Shown here: positions 1 to 11,487 of the stretch, piece after piece
Layout: every line of letters starts with the position of its first letter
Numbering within the stretch: position 1 is the first letter of the stretch
Assembly: GCA_047975285.1 (NCBI GenBank)
Contig: JBKEDG010000091.1
Span: forward strand, 18 to 64,017
DNA from: Bacilli bacterium
GTDB taxonomy: Bacteria > Bacillota_I > Bacilli_A > JBKEDG01
Direction: 5' to 3'
DNA length: 64,000 bases
Notes under the pieces: model-generated
Databases searched by the model: none
The model's input: the letters and a program-made list of their open reading frames with translations, nothing else
Told to the model about the DNA's origin: nothing
Translations under genes and position numbers: made by a program

Positions 1-1
1 A

Positions 2-808
2 ACTAAAAGAAATAATTACATCCTAAAATTCAATGGTAAATATGATTGCAACAAAATTATTATTATAGAAAGTGATAAAATTGAAATTTCTGAATATAAA
101 TATTATAATTTAGATTCAAGTCATGTAAATTTTTCTGTTATTGAAGGTAATGTAACATACGATTATTCTAAAGCAAAACGTTTTGAAATTGGTACATTAG
201 ATAATGATAAACAATTATCTGAATATAGAATTGCAAATATAAAAGATTCATACTCAACAGTCATTAATAAAAAACGTCGTCTTAGTTCTGATTATATTCC
301 CAAAGATCTTACTCAAATTACAGTAAAGTCTATTCACAGTGGAAACAACAATCTAATTAGATCAGATATCTTACCAAAGATTGAACAAATGTTTAAAGAT
401 GCCAGTAATAATGGGATTAATCTTGTAGTAAATTATGCATATCGCAGTTACGATTATCAAGAAAAATTATTTAATGAATACGTATCACAATACGGTTATG
501 AAACAACAATAAAAATGGCTGCCTTTGCTGGTGCAAGTGAACACCAAACAGGTCTTGTTTTAGATATTGGATCAATCGAAAGTACGAGTGCAAATTTATC
601 AGTTGAGTTTGGTTCTACAAAAGCTAGTGCTTGGTTAAAAGACAATGCTCATAATTATGGCTTTATATTACGTTTTCCAAAAGGTAAAGAAGAAATTACA
701 ACATATATTTATGAGCCTTGGCATTATAGATATGTAGGTAATGACCTTGCTAAATATATTTATGAAAATAACATTACATTAGAAGAGCTTTTTGATTTGA
801 CAAATTGA
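2..808 (+). CDS. M15B (VanY-like) D-Ala-D-Ala carboxypeptidase, 5'-truncated by the window edge
   Basis: Frame is open from nt 2 to TGA at 806-808, so the gene is longer than the ORF-track call at 389. Motifs AYRSYDYQ, SEHQTGLVLD (SxHxxGxxxD) and YEPWHYRYVG are present. Confidence 0.9.
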   Translation, partial: TKRNNYILKFNGKYDCNKIIIIESDKIEISEYKYYNLDSSHVNFSVIEGNVTYDYSKAKRFEIGTLDNDKQLSEYRIANIKDSYSTVINKKRRLSSDYIPKDLTQITVKSIHSGNNNLIRSDILPKIEQMFKDASNNGINLVVNYAYRSYDYQEKLFNEYVSQYGYETTIKMAAFAGASEHQTGLVLDIGSIESTSANLSVEFGSTKASAWLKDNAHNYGFILRFPKGKEEITTYIYEPWHYRYVGNDLAKYIYENNITLEELFDLTN

Positions 809-825
809 GAAAAATATAAAATATA

Positions 826-869
826 GCACTTTTATAGACTAAAAATTTAGTTTTAAAAGTGGTTTTTTC
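826..869 (+). terminator. Probable intrinsic terminator of the carboxypeptidase gene
   Basis: Imperfect hairpin CACTTTTA...TAAAAGTG followed by GTTTTTT. Confidence 0.6.
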
Positions 870-874
870 AAGAC

Positions 875-902
875 AAAAAAGCCATAGTTTATACTATGAC
901 TT
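875..902 (-). terminator. Intrinsic terminator after cstA and the small UGA-containing gene
   Basis: Minus strand reads AGTCATAGT-ATAA-ACTATGGCT then TTTTT, starting at the TAA at 901-903. Confidence 0.8.
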
Positions 903-1194
903 AATACATATTTACACCTTTAACATCCAAACTTTTAAAGAATAAAAACTCACTTAAATCTACGGTTACTACACCATCTTTTGTATCTAAATGTTTATAG
1001 TAGTATATATCAATATCAGACAAACAAACAAATCCGTAAAGAGATTCATTTCCCTTATCTAACTGTTTTCCCAAATAAACTTCTGGGGTCCCTGCACCAA
1101 GTCAACACCCCGTATCTTTAATATCAATTGTTATTATATCAAATCTTTTCTTTTCAATATACTCTTTTGCTTTAGGTGTTAATACAATCTCCAT
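901..1194 (-). CDS. 97-aa candidate selenoprotein with a G-C-U motif (in-frame TGA at 1102-1104); resembles HesB-like CC/Se-motif proteins
   Basis: ATG lies 2 nt after the cstA stop. Translation: MEIVLTPKAKEYIEKKRFDIITIDIKDTGC-[TGA]-LGAGTPEVYLGK...FKSLDVKGVNMY-TAA. 66 sense codons follow the TGA and end at the terminator. Confidence 0.75.
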
Positions 1195-1196
1195 AT

Positions 1197-2816
1197 TTAT
1201 GCCTTTTTAGAATTAAATAGTGCACCATATGCATACTTTATAAATATTAATGCAAGAATGAATAATCCAGTACTTAGTACAACTAAAATCATTCCTCCAC
1301 TTTCAATTCCATTGCTCATCATGGTAATAAGATTAGATTTTACTAAAAGCACAAGTGCAAACATTGTAACTAATACCATAAATACCATTGGAATAATAAT
1401 CATCTTATTATCTCTACCTGTTTGTTTTAACCATACAGCAAGAACAAGTAAAGCAAGTGCAGCTAATAATTGATTTGCAGACCCAAATATTGGCCAAACT
1501 TTTTGCCAACCAGCAACACATAGCAATCCTCCTGCTAATACTGTAATTGTAGTTGCAACATATTTATTAGATAACATTGAATCTTTATTATCAGCACCTT
1601 TTTTATTTTCAAAAAACTCTTGGAATATAAATCTTCCTAAACGTGTTGCAGTATCTAATGACGTAAGAGCAAATGCTGAAACAGAAAGTGAAATAAATGT
1701 TACACCAAATTCTTTTGGAATTCCAATTTTAGTCATAAATTCACCAACACCATCAGCAAAAATTACAGTTGGAGCAGTCCCAGTTGCAAAAGTTCCCTTA
1801 GCAACATATGAAACAGTAATCAAAGCAATAACAGCAAGTACACCCTCAATTAACATAGCACCGTATCCTACTAATTTTGCATCCTTTTCACTATTTAATT
1901 GTTTTGCAGTTGTTCCTGAACCTACTAGTGAATGGAATCCACTAATTGCCCCACATGCAACTGTTACAAATAGAATAGGGAATAAATAATTTCCATTAAT
2001 ATTAAATCCAGTATATGCTGGCAATTCAATGTCAGGTCTATAGAAAAGTAGTCCTATAATTGCTCCTGCTAACATTGCATATAATAAAAATGAATTTAAA
2101 TAATCTCTTGGTTGTAATAAAATCCAAACAGGAGTTACAGAAGCTATAAAAATATACGCTAATATAATAATTGTCCAAGTTGTTGTAGATAAATTAATAC
2201 CAAAACGTGTACCAATATAAATACTTGCAGCAACCCCAACTAAACCAATAATTGTTGCTATTAAAGAATTTACATTCAATCTATTAGTTAAATAACCAAA
2301 GATAACTGCAACAATAATAAATAGCATTGAAGTAGTAGCAACTGCTGGAATATCAATAAAAGTTCCAACAACTATAGAAATAAATGCAGCTTCAACTAAT
2401 AGAAGTGTTAACCAAGCAAAAATTGAAAATAATCTTTTCCCAGATTCACCCATTGTTGTTGAAATAATTTGTCCTATTGATTTACCATCATGTCTAAGTG
2501 AAGCAAATAACGAACCAAAATCGTGTACACCACCAAAAAAGATACTACCTACAATTATCCATAAATAAACTGGTAACCATCCAAACATCGCAGCGATAAT
2601 TGGACCAGTAATTGGACCAGCACCAGCAATTGATGCGAAGTGATGCCCTAAAACAACTCCAGCAGATGCTGGCACATAATCCACACCATCACTCTTATAA
2701 TGAGCAGGAGTTTCTCTACTTGGATCTACTCCCCACTTCTTACAAAGCCACGCTCCGTAGCTAACATATGCAACAACAAATGCTACAATTGAACCTAAAA
2801 CTAAAACTAATGACAT
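1197..2816 (-). CDS. cstA: Carbon starvation protein A (CstA family peptide/pyruvate transporter)
   Basis: Motifs TPAH..DGVDYVP, GHHFASIAGAGPITGP, LLQPRDY and ACGAISGFHSL; polytopic membrane protein; AGGAGG SD. Confidence 0.95.
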   Translation of the reverse strand: MSLVLVLGSIVAFVVAYVSYGAWLCKKWGVDPSRETPAHYKSDGVDYVPASAGVVLGHHFASIAGAGPITGPIIAAMFGWLPVYLWIIVGSIFFGGVHDFGSLFASLRHDGKSIGQIISTTMGESGKRLFSIFAWLTLLLVEAAFISIVVGTFIDIPAVATTSMLFIIVAVIFGYLTNRLNVNSLIATIIGLVGVAASIYIGTRFGINLSTTTWTIIILAYIFIASVTPVWILLQPRDYLNSFLLYAMLAGAIIGLLFYRPDIELPAYTGFNINGNYLFPILFVTVACGAISGFHSLVGSGTTAKQLNSEKDAKLVGYGAMLIEGVLAVIALITVSYVAKGTFATGTAPTVIFADGVGEFMTKIGIPKEFGVTFISLSVSAFALTSLDTATRLGRFIFQEFFENKKGADNKDSMLSNKYVATTITVLAGGLLCVAGWQKVWPIFGSANQLLAALALLVLAVWLKQTGRDNKMIIIPMVFMVLVTMFALVLLVKSNLITMMSNGIESGGMILVVLSTGLFILALIFIKYAYGALFNSKKA

Positions 2817-2840
2817 ATTATTTTCCTCCTAAATACTTTA

Positions 2841-3332
2841 CTACGACTTAAAAGCCTTTGCAATCCTTTTTGCATCCTTATTATTAATAACAGTATTATT
2901 ATTTAATGAAATCAAAATAATACCTATTGAACTCCAACCATTTAATCCAAAACTATACGATTTTTGCTTACGATACTTTTTTACAAACTTAATCGTTTCA
3001 TTATCAATTGTTGTATCACTTACAAAAACAAATGTATAATGAGTGGACATATGATTATCATCATCTCGACTTTGATTTAATAAAATCTCAACGTTCTTAT
3101 CTAATACTTCAACGATTGAATCTATTGTTATAACTTTCTCTTTTTTTATATAGATGTAACTATTATTGTTGTACGCATATACGACAACTTTTTTAGACCC
3201 CATGTATTTTGAATTTTGAACATTTGAAACAGCATACAAATCAAAAAATGTATTATTAATAATTTGATCAGATTTTATATCATAGTAGAATGACAACCTC
3301 TCTGAAACATCATCAATATAACTCACTTTCAC
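2841..3332 (-). CDS. Hypothetical protein (~163 aa)
   Basis: Long ORF; likely GTG start at 3332, 7 nt after AGGAG. No function recognised. Confidence 0.7.
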   Translation of the reverse strand: MKVSYIDDVSERLSFYYDIKSDQIINNTFFDLYAVSNVQNSKYMGSKKVVVYAYNNNSYIYIKKEKVITIDSIVEVLDKNVEILLNQSRDDDNHMSTHYTFVFVSDTTIDNETIKFVKKYRKQKSYSFGLNGWSSIGIILISLNNNTVINNKDAKRIAKAFKS

Positions 3333-3415
3333 ACACCATCTCCTTTTAATATATAATATTATAACATAAAAAGCACAAAAATGACACAAAAAAAATATTA
3401 AAGTAAAATTTCAGT

Positions 3416-3441
3416 AAAAAAAGTGCTCAATTTGAGCACTT
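3416..3441 (-). terminator. Intrinsic terminator of the dnaK operon
   Basis: AAGTGCTCA-AAT-TGAGCACTT followed by a T run, directly at the dnaJ stop. Confidence 0.85.
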
Positions 3442-4525
3442 AATTAAACATCTCTTTAAATTTTCCGAGTATACCCTGTGATGATAAGTCTGTATCACGC
3501 AATTTTTCAAACAATTTTGTTTGCTCTTTATTTAGTGCAGTTGGAGTAACTACATTAGCAATTATATACATATCTCCATAATGTGAATTATTAACATTTT
3601 TTACACCTTTATTTTTCAATTTAAACTTTGTACCACTTTGAGTTCCTTTAGGAACTTTAAGATCAACTTTACCATTAAGCGTTGGAACTTCCATTACAGT
3701 TCCAAGAGTTGCATCAGCTATATTAATTGGTAACTCCAAAAATATATCATCATTATTTCTATTAAACTTTTTACTAGGTGCAACATTAAACACTAAATAT
3801 AAATCGCCAGATGGTCCATTGTTAATACCTTCTTCACCTTTACCACTCATTCGCATCTGCGTCCCATTATCAACACCTGCTGGAATTGTTACCGTGATAG
3901 TTTTGTTCTTTCTCACTCTACCCTTGCCATGACATTTACTACAACGTTTTTCAAAAGTTTTACCTTTTCCATTACATGCTTTACAAGTTGTCTTTTGAAC
4001 AAAATTACCAAACGGAGTTCTTTGTTCAACCGTAACTTGCCCACTTCCATGACAACTGGTACATCGCTTGGAAGAAAAACCACCCTCACCATGACACTCT
4101 TCACAATTACTTTCTACAGCAATAGTCATATCTTTCTTACAACCAAATACTGCTTCTTCAAAAGTTAAATTGACTCTTTTTTCTAAATCTCTACCTTTTT
4201 GCCTAGCATTTGGGTTATGTCTACCCCCAAATCCTCCACCAAAAATATCTCCAAAAATATCTCCAAAATCAAAGTTTCCAAAATCAAATCCTCCACCTTG
4301 ATTTCCTTCAAATGCGGAATGTCCAAATTGATCATACTGGGATCTTTTTTGCGAGTCACTCAAAACAGAGTAAGCTTCTTGAGCTTCTTTAAACTTTTCT
4401 TCGGCATTATCTTCTTTGCTTACATCTGGATGATATTTTTTTGCTAACTTTCTAAAAGCACTTTTTATTTCTTTTTCATCACTAGATTTGGATACACCTA
4501 AGACTTCATAGTAATCTTTTTTCAT
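3440..4525 (-). CDS. dnaJ: Chaperone DnaJ
   Basis: J-domain with HPD, G/F-rich region and four CxxCxGxG zinc motifs. Confidence 0.98.
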   Translation of the reverse strand: MKKDYYEVLGVSKSSDEKEIKSAFRKLAKKYHPDVSKEDNAEEKFKEAQEAYSVLSDSQKRSQYDQFGHSAFEGNQGGGFDFGNFDFGDIFGDIFGGGFGGRHNPNARQKGRDLEKRVNLTFEEAVFGCKKDMTIAVESNCEECHGEGGFSSKRCTSCHGSGQVTVEQRTPFGNFVQKTTCKACNGKGKTFEKRCSKCHGKGRVRKNKTITVTIPAGVDNGTQMRMSGKGEEGINNGPSGDLYLVFNVAPSKKFNRNNDDIFLELPINIADATLGTVMEVPTLNGKVDLKVPKGTQSGTKFKLKNKGVKNVNNSHYGDMYIIANVVTPTALNKEQTKLFEKLRDTDLSSQGILGKFKEMFN

Positions 4526-4540
4526 TATTGATATACCCTT

Positions 4541-6355
<1,815 letters not shown>

Positions 6356-6367
6356 TTATTTTATAAT

Positions 6368-6889
6368 TTATTCATTCACTTTTACCATTGCTGGTCTCAA
6401 TATTTTATCTTTTATTTTGTAACCCTTTTGAAACTCTTCAATAACCGCTCCAGACTCATAATTATCATCTTTTCCAGTCATTACTGCTTGATGAAAATTA
6501 GGATCAAACTCTTCACCAACTGACGCTACTAATTCAACACCATTTTTTTCTGTAATATCAACAATTTGTTTATAAATTAATTTGAATCCATCCAAGGCAT
6601 TATTATTAATTTCACTATTACAAGATTCAATTGCACGATCAAAATTATCAATAACTGTAATTAAATCAGTCATTATTTCACCTGTAGCGTATCTCATAAA
6701 ATTCTGTTTTTCTTCATTTGTTCTTCGTTTGAAATTCTCAAGTTCTGCTGCATTCCTAAGAACCTTATCTTTTAAAGAATGAACCTCTTTTTTTAAAACT
6801 TCCATGTCATCATTAACATTTTCAGTTTCTTCATGAATTTCTTCCTTTTCAACTTCTTCAGTCATAATTTCTTTTTCACTCATCATCAT
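6368..6889 (-). CDS. grpE: Nucleotide exchange factor GrpE
   Basis: AELENFKRR, FDPNFHQA and LRPAMVKV motifs; lies between hrcA and dnaK. Confidence 0.97.
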   Translation of the reverse strand: MMMSEKEIMTEEVEKEEIHEETENVNDDMEVLKKEVHSLKDKVLRNAAELENFKRRTNEEKQNFMRYATGEIMTDLITVIDNFDRAIESCNSEINNNALDGFKLIYKQIVDITEKNGVELVASVGEEFDPNFHQAVMTGKDDNYESGAVIEEFQKGYKIKDKILRPAMVKVNE

Positions 6890-7883
6890 TCTCCTTATTT
6901 ATTCTGTCTAGGTTGTCTTTAATTTCTTGTAGTAAGTTCACTACTTTATTATAATCCATCCTAGTTGGTCCAATAACTGCAACACTCGCTTCTTCTTTTC
7001 CGGTACGATATTTTGTTGTAATAACACTTAAGTCGTTAGAAATAACATTATCTTCTCCAATTCTAACATCAATATCATCTGAGTAATTTAATAACGATAA
7101 AATTGTCTCATCACTGATTTCTTTAATAAACTTTCTAATCATACCAATATCATCAAATTCTGGTTGATTAATAAGTTTCTCATAATCTTTAAATTTAATG
7201 TCTTCATTATTATTCTTTGAAATTGCAACAATACTTTCAATAAACATTTCATATAAAGTATTATGCTGATCAATAAATGTCTTAATAACTGGCTTTACTT
7301 CTAATTCAAGTTTATTTACAACTTCATTCATTGGAGTATCAGTAAGTAAATCGCTTATAGTAACGACTGTTTCCCTTAATTCCTCTAAATCAATTTCTTC
7401 ATCAATGCTAACTAATCGATTAAACACTCTTCCTGTATTAGTAACAATTATCGAAACCACACTATGATTATCAACACCAACAATCTTTACTTCTTTTAAT
7501 TTTTCAAACTCTGATAAACTCCCAAGCATAACCACAGAATAATCAGTTAAATCAGAAATTAATTTTATGCTTTCATAGACTGCGTCTTTTAACACAAGAC
7601 TATTGCTAGCAAAAAGATTTCTAACCTTACCACGATCATTATCAGCATCCTCCATTAAATTATTAACATAATATTTGTAACCTAATTCTGTTGGTTTCCT
7701 ACCACTAGCAAAATGAGTTTTAGCAATAAGGCCGTGTTTTTCTAACACCGCCATCTCATTCCTTACTGTTGCACTACTAACATCAAATACCTCACAAACA
7801 TCACTAGAACTAATTGGTTCAACTGTTTTAATATAAAATTCCGTGATAAACTTCAAAATGTTTTTTTGGCGTATACTTAACAC
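6876..7883 (-). CDS. hrcA: Heat-inducible transcription repressor HrcA
   Basis: SSATVRNEM..LE..G and VIGPTRMDY motifs; GTG start after GAGG; CIRCE elements upstream. Confidence 0.96.
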   Translation of the reverse strand: MLSIRQKNILKFITEFYIKTVEPISSSDVCEVFDVSSATVRNEMAVLEKHGLIAKTHFASGRKPTELGYKYYVNNLMEDADNDRGKVRNLFASNSLVLKDAVYESIKLISDLTDYSVVMLGSLSEFEKLKEVKIVGVDNHSVVSIIVTNTGRVFNRLVSIDEEIDLEELRETVVTISDLLTDTPMNEVVNKLELEVKPVIKTFIDQHNTLYEMFIESIVAISKNNNEDIKFKDYEKLINQPEFDDIGMIRKFIKEISDETILSLLNYSDDIDVRIGEDNVISNDLSVITTKYRTGKEEASVAVIGPTRMDYNKVVNLLQEIKDNLDRINKENDDE

Positions 7884-7895
7884 ATTATCACCTCA

Positions 7896-7922
7896 TTAGC
7901 AATCTTATTATCTAATTGCTAA
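7896..7922. promoter_or_regulatory. CIRCE element 1 (HrcA operator, variant)
   Basis: TTAGCAATC-N9-AATTGCTAA versus consensus TTAGCACTC-N9-GAGTGCTAA; lies between the -10 box and the SD. Confidence 0.85.
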
Positions 7923-7926
7923 AATA

Positions 7927-7955
7927 ATTATACACCCTATTTTTAGCAATGTCAA
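7927..7955 (-). promoter_or_regulatory. SigA promoter of the hrcA operon
   Basis: Perfect TTGACA (7950-7955), 17-nt spacer, TATAAT (7927-7932). Confidence 0.9.
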
Positions 7956-7969
7956 CACTTAATTGCTAA
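7943..7969. promoter_or_regulatory. CIRCE element 2 (variant) overlapping the -35 box
   Basis: TTAGCAATG-N9-AATTGCTAA. Confidence 0.8.
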
Positions 7970-8007
7970 AATATAATAAAAGTTCCTTCATTATACTTTA
8001 GCATATC

Positions 8008-8045
8008 AAAACACCCCTTTGTTGATTATCCAACTTTTGGGGTGC
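8008..8045 (-). terminator. Intrinsic terminator of the LRR surface-protein gene
   Basis: GCACCCC...GGGGTG followed by TTTT, with an inner GTTG/CAAC stem. Confidence 0.7.
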
Positions 8046-8074
8046 CTCAAACTTTTATGCGTTTATTTCAATAT

Positions 8075-10798
8075 TTATTTTAATTTTGAAAGCAATTTAA
8101 TAACTAATGTTCCAGCTAATAATAGTACAACACCTAAATTATTTCTCATTCCTGTTTTAGGTAAAGGCTTTTCTACTGGTTTTTCTACTGGTTTCTCTAT
8201 TGGTTTTTCTTTTTCATTTACATTTATAGTAATGTTTTTAGAAACACTGCTTCTAGAAGTTCTTAAATCAGCATTAGCAACACTTATATTATATGATCCT
8301 TTCTTATTTGTATACACAGGATCAGCGTATGATAAAGAAATATTTGAATCTATCTCCTCGCCATTTAATTTATCATAAACTTTTATATTCCCAAGTTCTT
8401 TAACCTGATCATCCTTTTTTTCAAGATTAACATCTTTTGCATTAATACTAAAATCTTCCGCTCTTAATATATAGGAAACTTCATCATTTGTAATATAACT
8501 TCCCCCATTAACCAAGACTATTTTTATTCCAGAAGTAGCATTTCCATCGCTATCTGTTACAGTATATGTAACTTTATAAATTCCTTCTGCAGTAGAACTT
8601 GTAATATTAGTATCTACTATAATTTCTAAATTTGAATCTTCAACATCACTTACAGTCACTCCATCCATTTCACTATAGTCTTCTTCTAATCCTATTTCAA
8701 CAAATGGTGTATCAATTGTTAGTTTAGGTGCATTCCCTAAAGTTACAGTTGCTGCAATATCATCATCTATGTCAGTTCCTACAGCCACATTAATAAAGTA
8801 TACACCTTCCTTATTTGTATAAACAGGGTCATAATAAGTAATCGTAGCAGGTTCATCTGATACCTCACCAGTGTTTTTATCAAACACCTCTACTTCAGCT
8901 AATTTTTTCACCTGTGAATCTTTATCTATAGTATTAACTTCACCTGTTCTTAATTCAAAACTATTTGATTTTAATATAAAGTTTTCTCCAACTGAATAAG
9001 TACCATCATCAACAAGTATAACTCTTGTACCCGTTACTGTATTACCATCATTATCGGATGCAGTGTACGTAACTTTATATACATCTGCTGGTGTAGTAGC
9101 TGTAATTTCAGTATCTGCTACAACAGTTAAAGGTCCATCTTCATAATCAGTAGCACTTACACCAGTTAAAACATCATACTCTTCCCCAAAAAGTGTTTCC
9201 TCAAAACTAGAATTAATAGTAAGTTCTGGCATATTACCACCAGTCTTAGTTAAATTTAGTGTAAGTTTATTTTCAGTCATAGCATTATCACTATGCTGAG
9301 GAGTTATACCGTCTCTACTGATTGTAACATTTGCATAAACAGTACCATTCTTAATTATATTACCATCAGCATCAACATAATCATTAACGTCAACAGCATT
9401 ATCATTTTTGTCAACATAGTTTGTTAAAACAAATTTATGCTCATTTGACAATACTCTTCTACTTTCTAATTTAACATAATCATATAAAATTTCATCATTT
9501 ACATCACTTTTATCATTAACAGCAATCTCAGTAGAAACATCTTTTAGTAATAATTGATCTTGGTCTGAATTTTCTATTATTTTTGTAGTTGGAAGAACCG
9601 AACTTAAATTATCTTCAATATTTGTATGTAATAAATTTTTTCCAATATAGATAGAATCAAGCGAATCGTCTAACTTACTAACACCTTCACCAATATCAAC
9701 AAATTGATTACCACGTGCCATAATCACATCTAAATTAGGTAATTCTGCAACTTCTTCAGGTAATTTTATAATCTCATTATTACTAATAAGTAATATTCTT
9801 AACTTAGTCATACTACCCATTTCTTCAGGTAAAACCTCTACTCTATTGTTAGTTATATCTAGCCTATCTAGATTAGTAAGGTTACATATTTCAGTAGGTA
9901 ATAAAGTTAAATCATTATTAAATATAGCTAACTCTGTTAATTCACTAAGTTTACCTATTTCACTTGGAAGTTCTTTTAAATCATCATTATGGGCAATTTG
10001 TAAAAAATTAAGATTACTTAAATTTCCAATAGTAGTTGGAACACTTTTTAAATCATTATCAGCAAGACTTAATATTTTCAAATTATGTAGTCTATCGATA
10101 TCACTTGGAAGTTCTTTTATAAGACTATCACCAATTGACAAATTATCTATTGTAGTCACATCCAAAATTTCCCTAGGAAAATCTTTAAGAACTTTTGATG
10201 AAATACTCAAATTAGTTAAACTTTCAAGATTTGAAAAACTACTAGGTAATTCGCTGATTTTTGTTTCATTCAGTTTAAGTAAAACTAATTTATCTAAATT
10301 TCCAATTGTATTTGGTAACTCTGTGATTTCATTCCTAAATAATGTTAAATACTCTAAATTACTTAAATTTGTAATACTATCTGGTAATTTCGTAATTTTA
10401 TTATTGTATAAATTTAGAACTTTTAATTTAGTAAGTTTATCTATTTCTTCAGGAATAACCTCTATGTAATTATTCTGAAAATAAAGTCTTTCAAGATTAG
10501 TAAAAACCTCTATTCCACTTAAATCTGTAACTTCTATTTTAGGCTTTCCTTGAATTACAACTTGACTTAAATCCAAGTAAGTTGTTATGTCAATCGTTCT
10601 TTGTGTTATAACAGTGCTAATATCACCTCTACCAATTTTATTGGCAATAATTTGCTGTAACCCTTTATCTGGAAATTGCTCTGCTATTGTATTTCCTACT
10701 CCATTTTCATTTGTAACAGCAAAAACACCTTTAACTGGTGAAAACAAAAATGTTAATATAAATCCAATTGCTATTAATTTTGATATTTTTCTATACAT
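8075..10798 (-). CDS. Internalin-like LRR surface protein with Ig-like repeats and an LPXTG anchor
   Basis: Likely ATG at 10798 after GGAGG. Signal peptide, cap-like IAEQFPDKGL, about a dozen ~23-aa LRRs, two duplicated units ending DPVYTNKxG, EKPV repeats, then LPKTG with a hydrophobic segment and basic tail. Confidence 0.9.
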   Translation of the reverse strand: MYRKISKLIAIGFILTFLFSPVKGVFAVTNENGVGNTIAEQFPDKGLQQIIANKIGRGDISTVITQRTIDITTYLDLSQVVIQGKPKIEVTDLSGIEVFTNLERLYFQNNYIEVIPEEIDKLTKLKVLNLYNNKITKLPDSITNLSNLEYLTLFRNEITELPNTIGNLDKLVLLKLNETKISELPSSFSNLESLTNLSISSKVLKDFPREILDVTTIDNLSIGDSLIKELPSDIDRLHNLKILSLADNDLKSVPTTIGNLSNLNFLQIAHNDDLKELPSEIGKLSELTELAIFNNDLTLLPTEICNLTNLDRLDITNNRVEVLPEEMGSMTKLRILLISNNEIIKLPEEVAELPNLDVIMARGNQFVDIGEGVSKLDDSLDSIYIGKNLLHTNIEDNLSSVLPTTKIIENSDQDQLLLKDVSTEIAVNDKSDVNDEILYDYVKLESRRVLSNEHKFVLTNYVDKNDNAVDVNDYVDADGNIIKNGTVYANVTISRDGITPQHSDNAMTENKLTLNLTKTGGNMPELTINSSFEETLFGEEYDVLTGVSATDYEDGPLTVVADTEITATTPADVYKVTYTASDNDGNTVTGTRVILVDDGTYSVGENFILKSNSFELRTGEVNTIDKDSQVKKLAEVEVFDKNTGEVSDEPATITYYDPVYTNKEGVYFINVAVGTDIDDDIAATVTLGNAPKLTIDTPFVEIGLEEDYSEMDGVTVSDVEDSNLEIIVDTNITSSTAEGIYKVTYTVTDSDGNATSGIKIVLVNGGSYITNDEVSYILRAEDFSINAKDVNLEKKDDQVKELGNIKVYDKLNGEEIDSNISLSYADPVYTNKKGSYNISVANADLRTSRSSVSKNITINVNEKEKPIEKPVEKPVEKPLPKTGMRNNLGVVLLLAGTLVIKLLSKLK
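8169..8204. repeat. 12-bp tandem repeat (three copies) encoding the K-P-I/V-E linker
   Basis: TTTTCTACTGGT twice plus TTCTCTATTGGT. Confidence 0.85.
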
Positions 10799-10852
10799 AA
10801 TTCCCTCCATACTTTTATTTTGTAATTTGAAATAATAATTGTACTGCAATTC

Positions 10853-10984
10853 CATTTTAAAACTATTAAGCCATATATTGTACTTACAATTATTTCAACA
10901 TACATTAATATCTTTTTAAAATACTCAAGTTTTTATAATGGTCTATTCACTCATTTTATAAAACACTAAGCCATAAATTGTACT
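10853..10984 (-). repeat. Duplicated motif in the 5' leader of the LRR gene
   Basis: Minus-strand AGTACAAT(T/A)TATGGCTTA at 10967-10984 and 10867-10884, each followed by ..TTTT(AT)AAAATG. A third AGTACAATT core lies near 10837-10845. Confidence 0.8.
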
Positions 10985-10992
10985 CGTTGTTT

Positions 10993-11021
10993 ATTATATG
11001 TTAATTTTGTTAAGATGTCAA
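10993..11021 (-). promoter_or_regulatory. SigA promoter of the LRR gene
   Basis: Perfect TTGACA-17-TATAAT, implying a leader of ~190 nt. Confidence 0.85.
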
Positions 11022-11042
11022 TACAATAGTGTAAATATATAT

Positions 11043-11089
11043 AAAAAAAGTTGCAACTATTAACAAAATTAATAATTACAACTTTTTTT
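11043..11089 (-). terminator. Terminator after gloA
   Basis: Inverted repeat AAAAAAAGTTG...CAACTTTTTTT with an inner ATTAA/TTAAT stem. Confidence 0.65.
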
Positions 11090-11098
11090 ATATATATA

Positions 11099-11479
11099 TT
11101 ATTTATTTTTAATTATCTCTATTAAATATCCATCTGGATCTTTTATAAAGAAAAATTTGCTAGATTCCTTTGTCAAACCTTTTATTGCACTAACTTCGTG
11201 CCCCATATCTTTAAAGTGTTGATGATTTTCTTCTAAATCATCAACTCCAAGTGCAAGATGACTATAACCATTTCCAATAACGTACGACTCAGCACCAACA
11301 TTGTACGTAAGTTCAAGTTCAAATGATTTAAGACTATCAGATAAATACACTAATTTAAATCCTTCATTTAAGTGATCTTTTTCTCTTGTTATTTCTAACC
11401 CTAAAGTATCTTTATAAAATTTAATTGATTTTTCTAAATCCACAACTCTAATACAAGTGTGTAACATTTTCACGTTCAT
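11099..11479 (-). CDS. gloA: Lactoylglutathione lyase (glyoxalase I, VOC family)
   Basis: MLHTCIRV, ELELTYN, GYSHLA and DPDGYLIE motifs. Confidence 0.88.
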   Translation of the reverse strand: MNVKMLHTCIRVVDLEKSIKFYKDTLGLEITREKDHLNEGFKLVYLSDSLKSFELELTYNVGAESYVIGNGYSHLALGVDDLEENHQHFKDMGHEVSAIKGLTKESSKFFFIKDPDGYLIEIIKNK

Positions 11480-11487
11480 AACTCCTC

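Noticed and set aside
10837-10984. Leader repeats as a mini CRISPR array
   Set aside because: Only two imperfect copies with ~70-nt separation, and no cas genes in the window.
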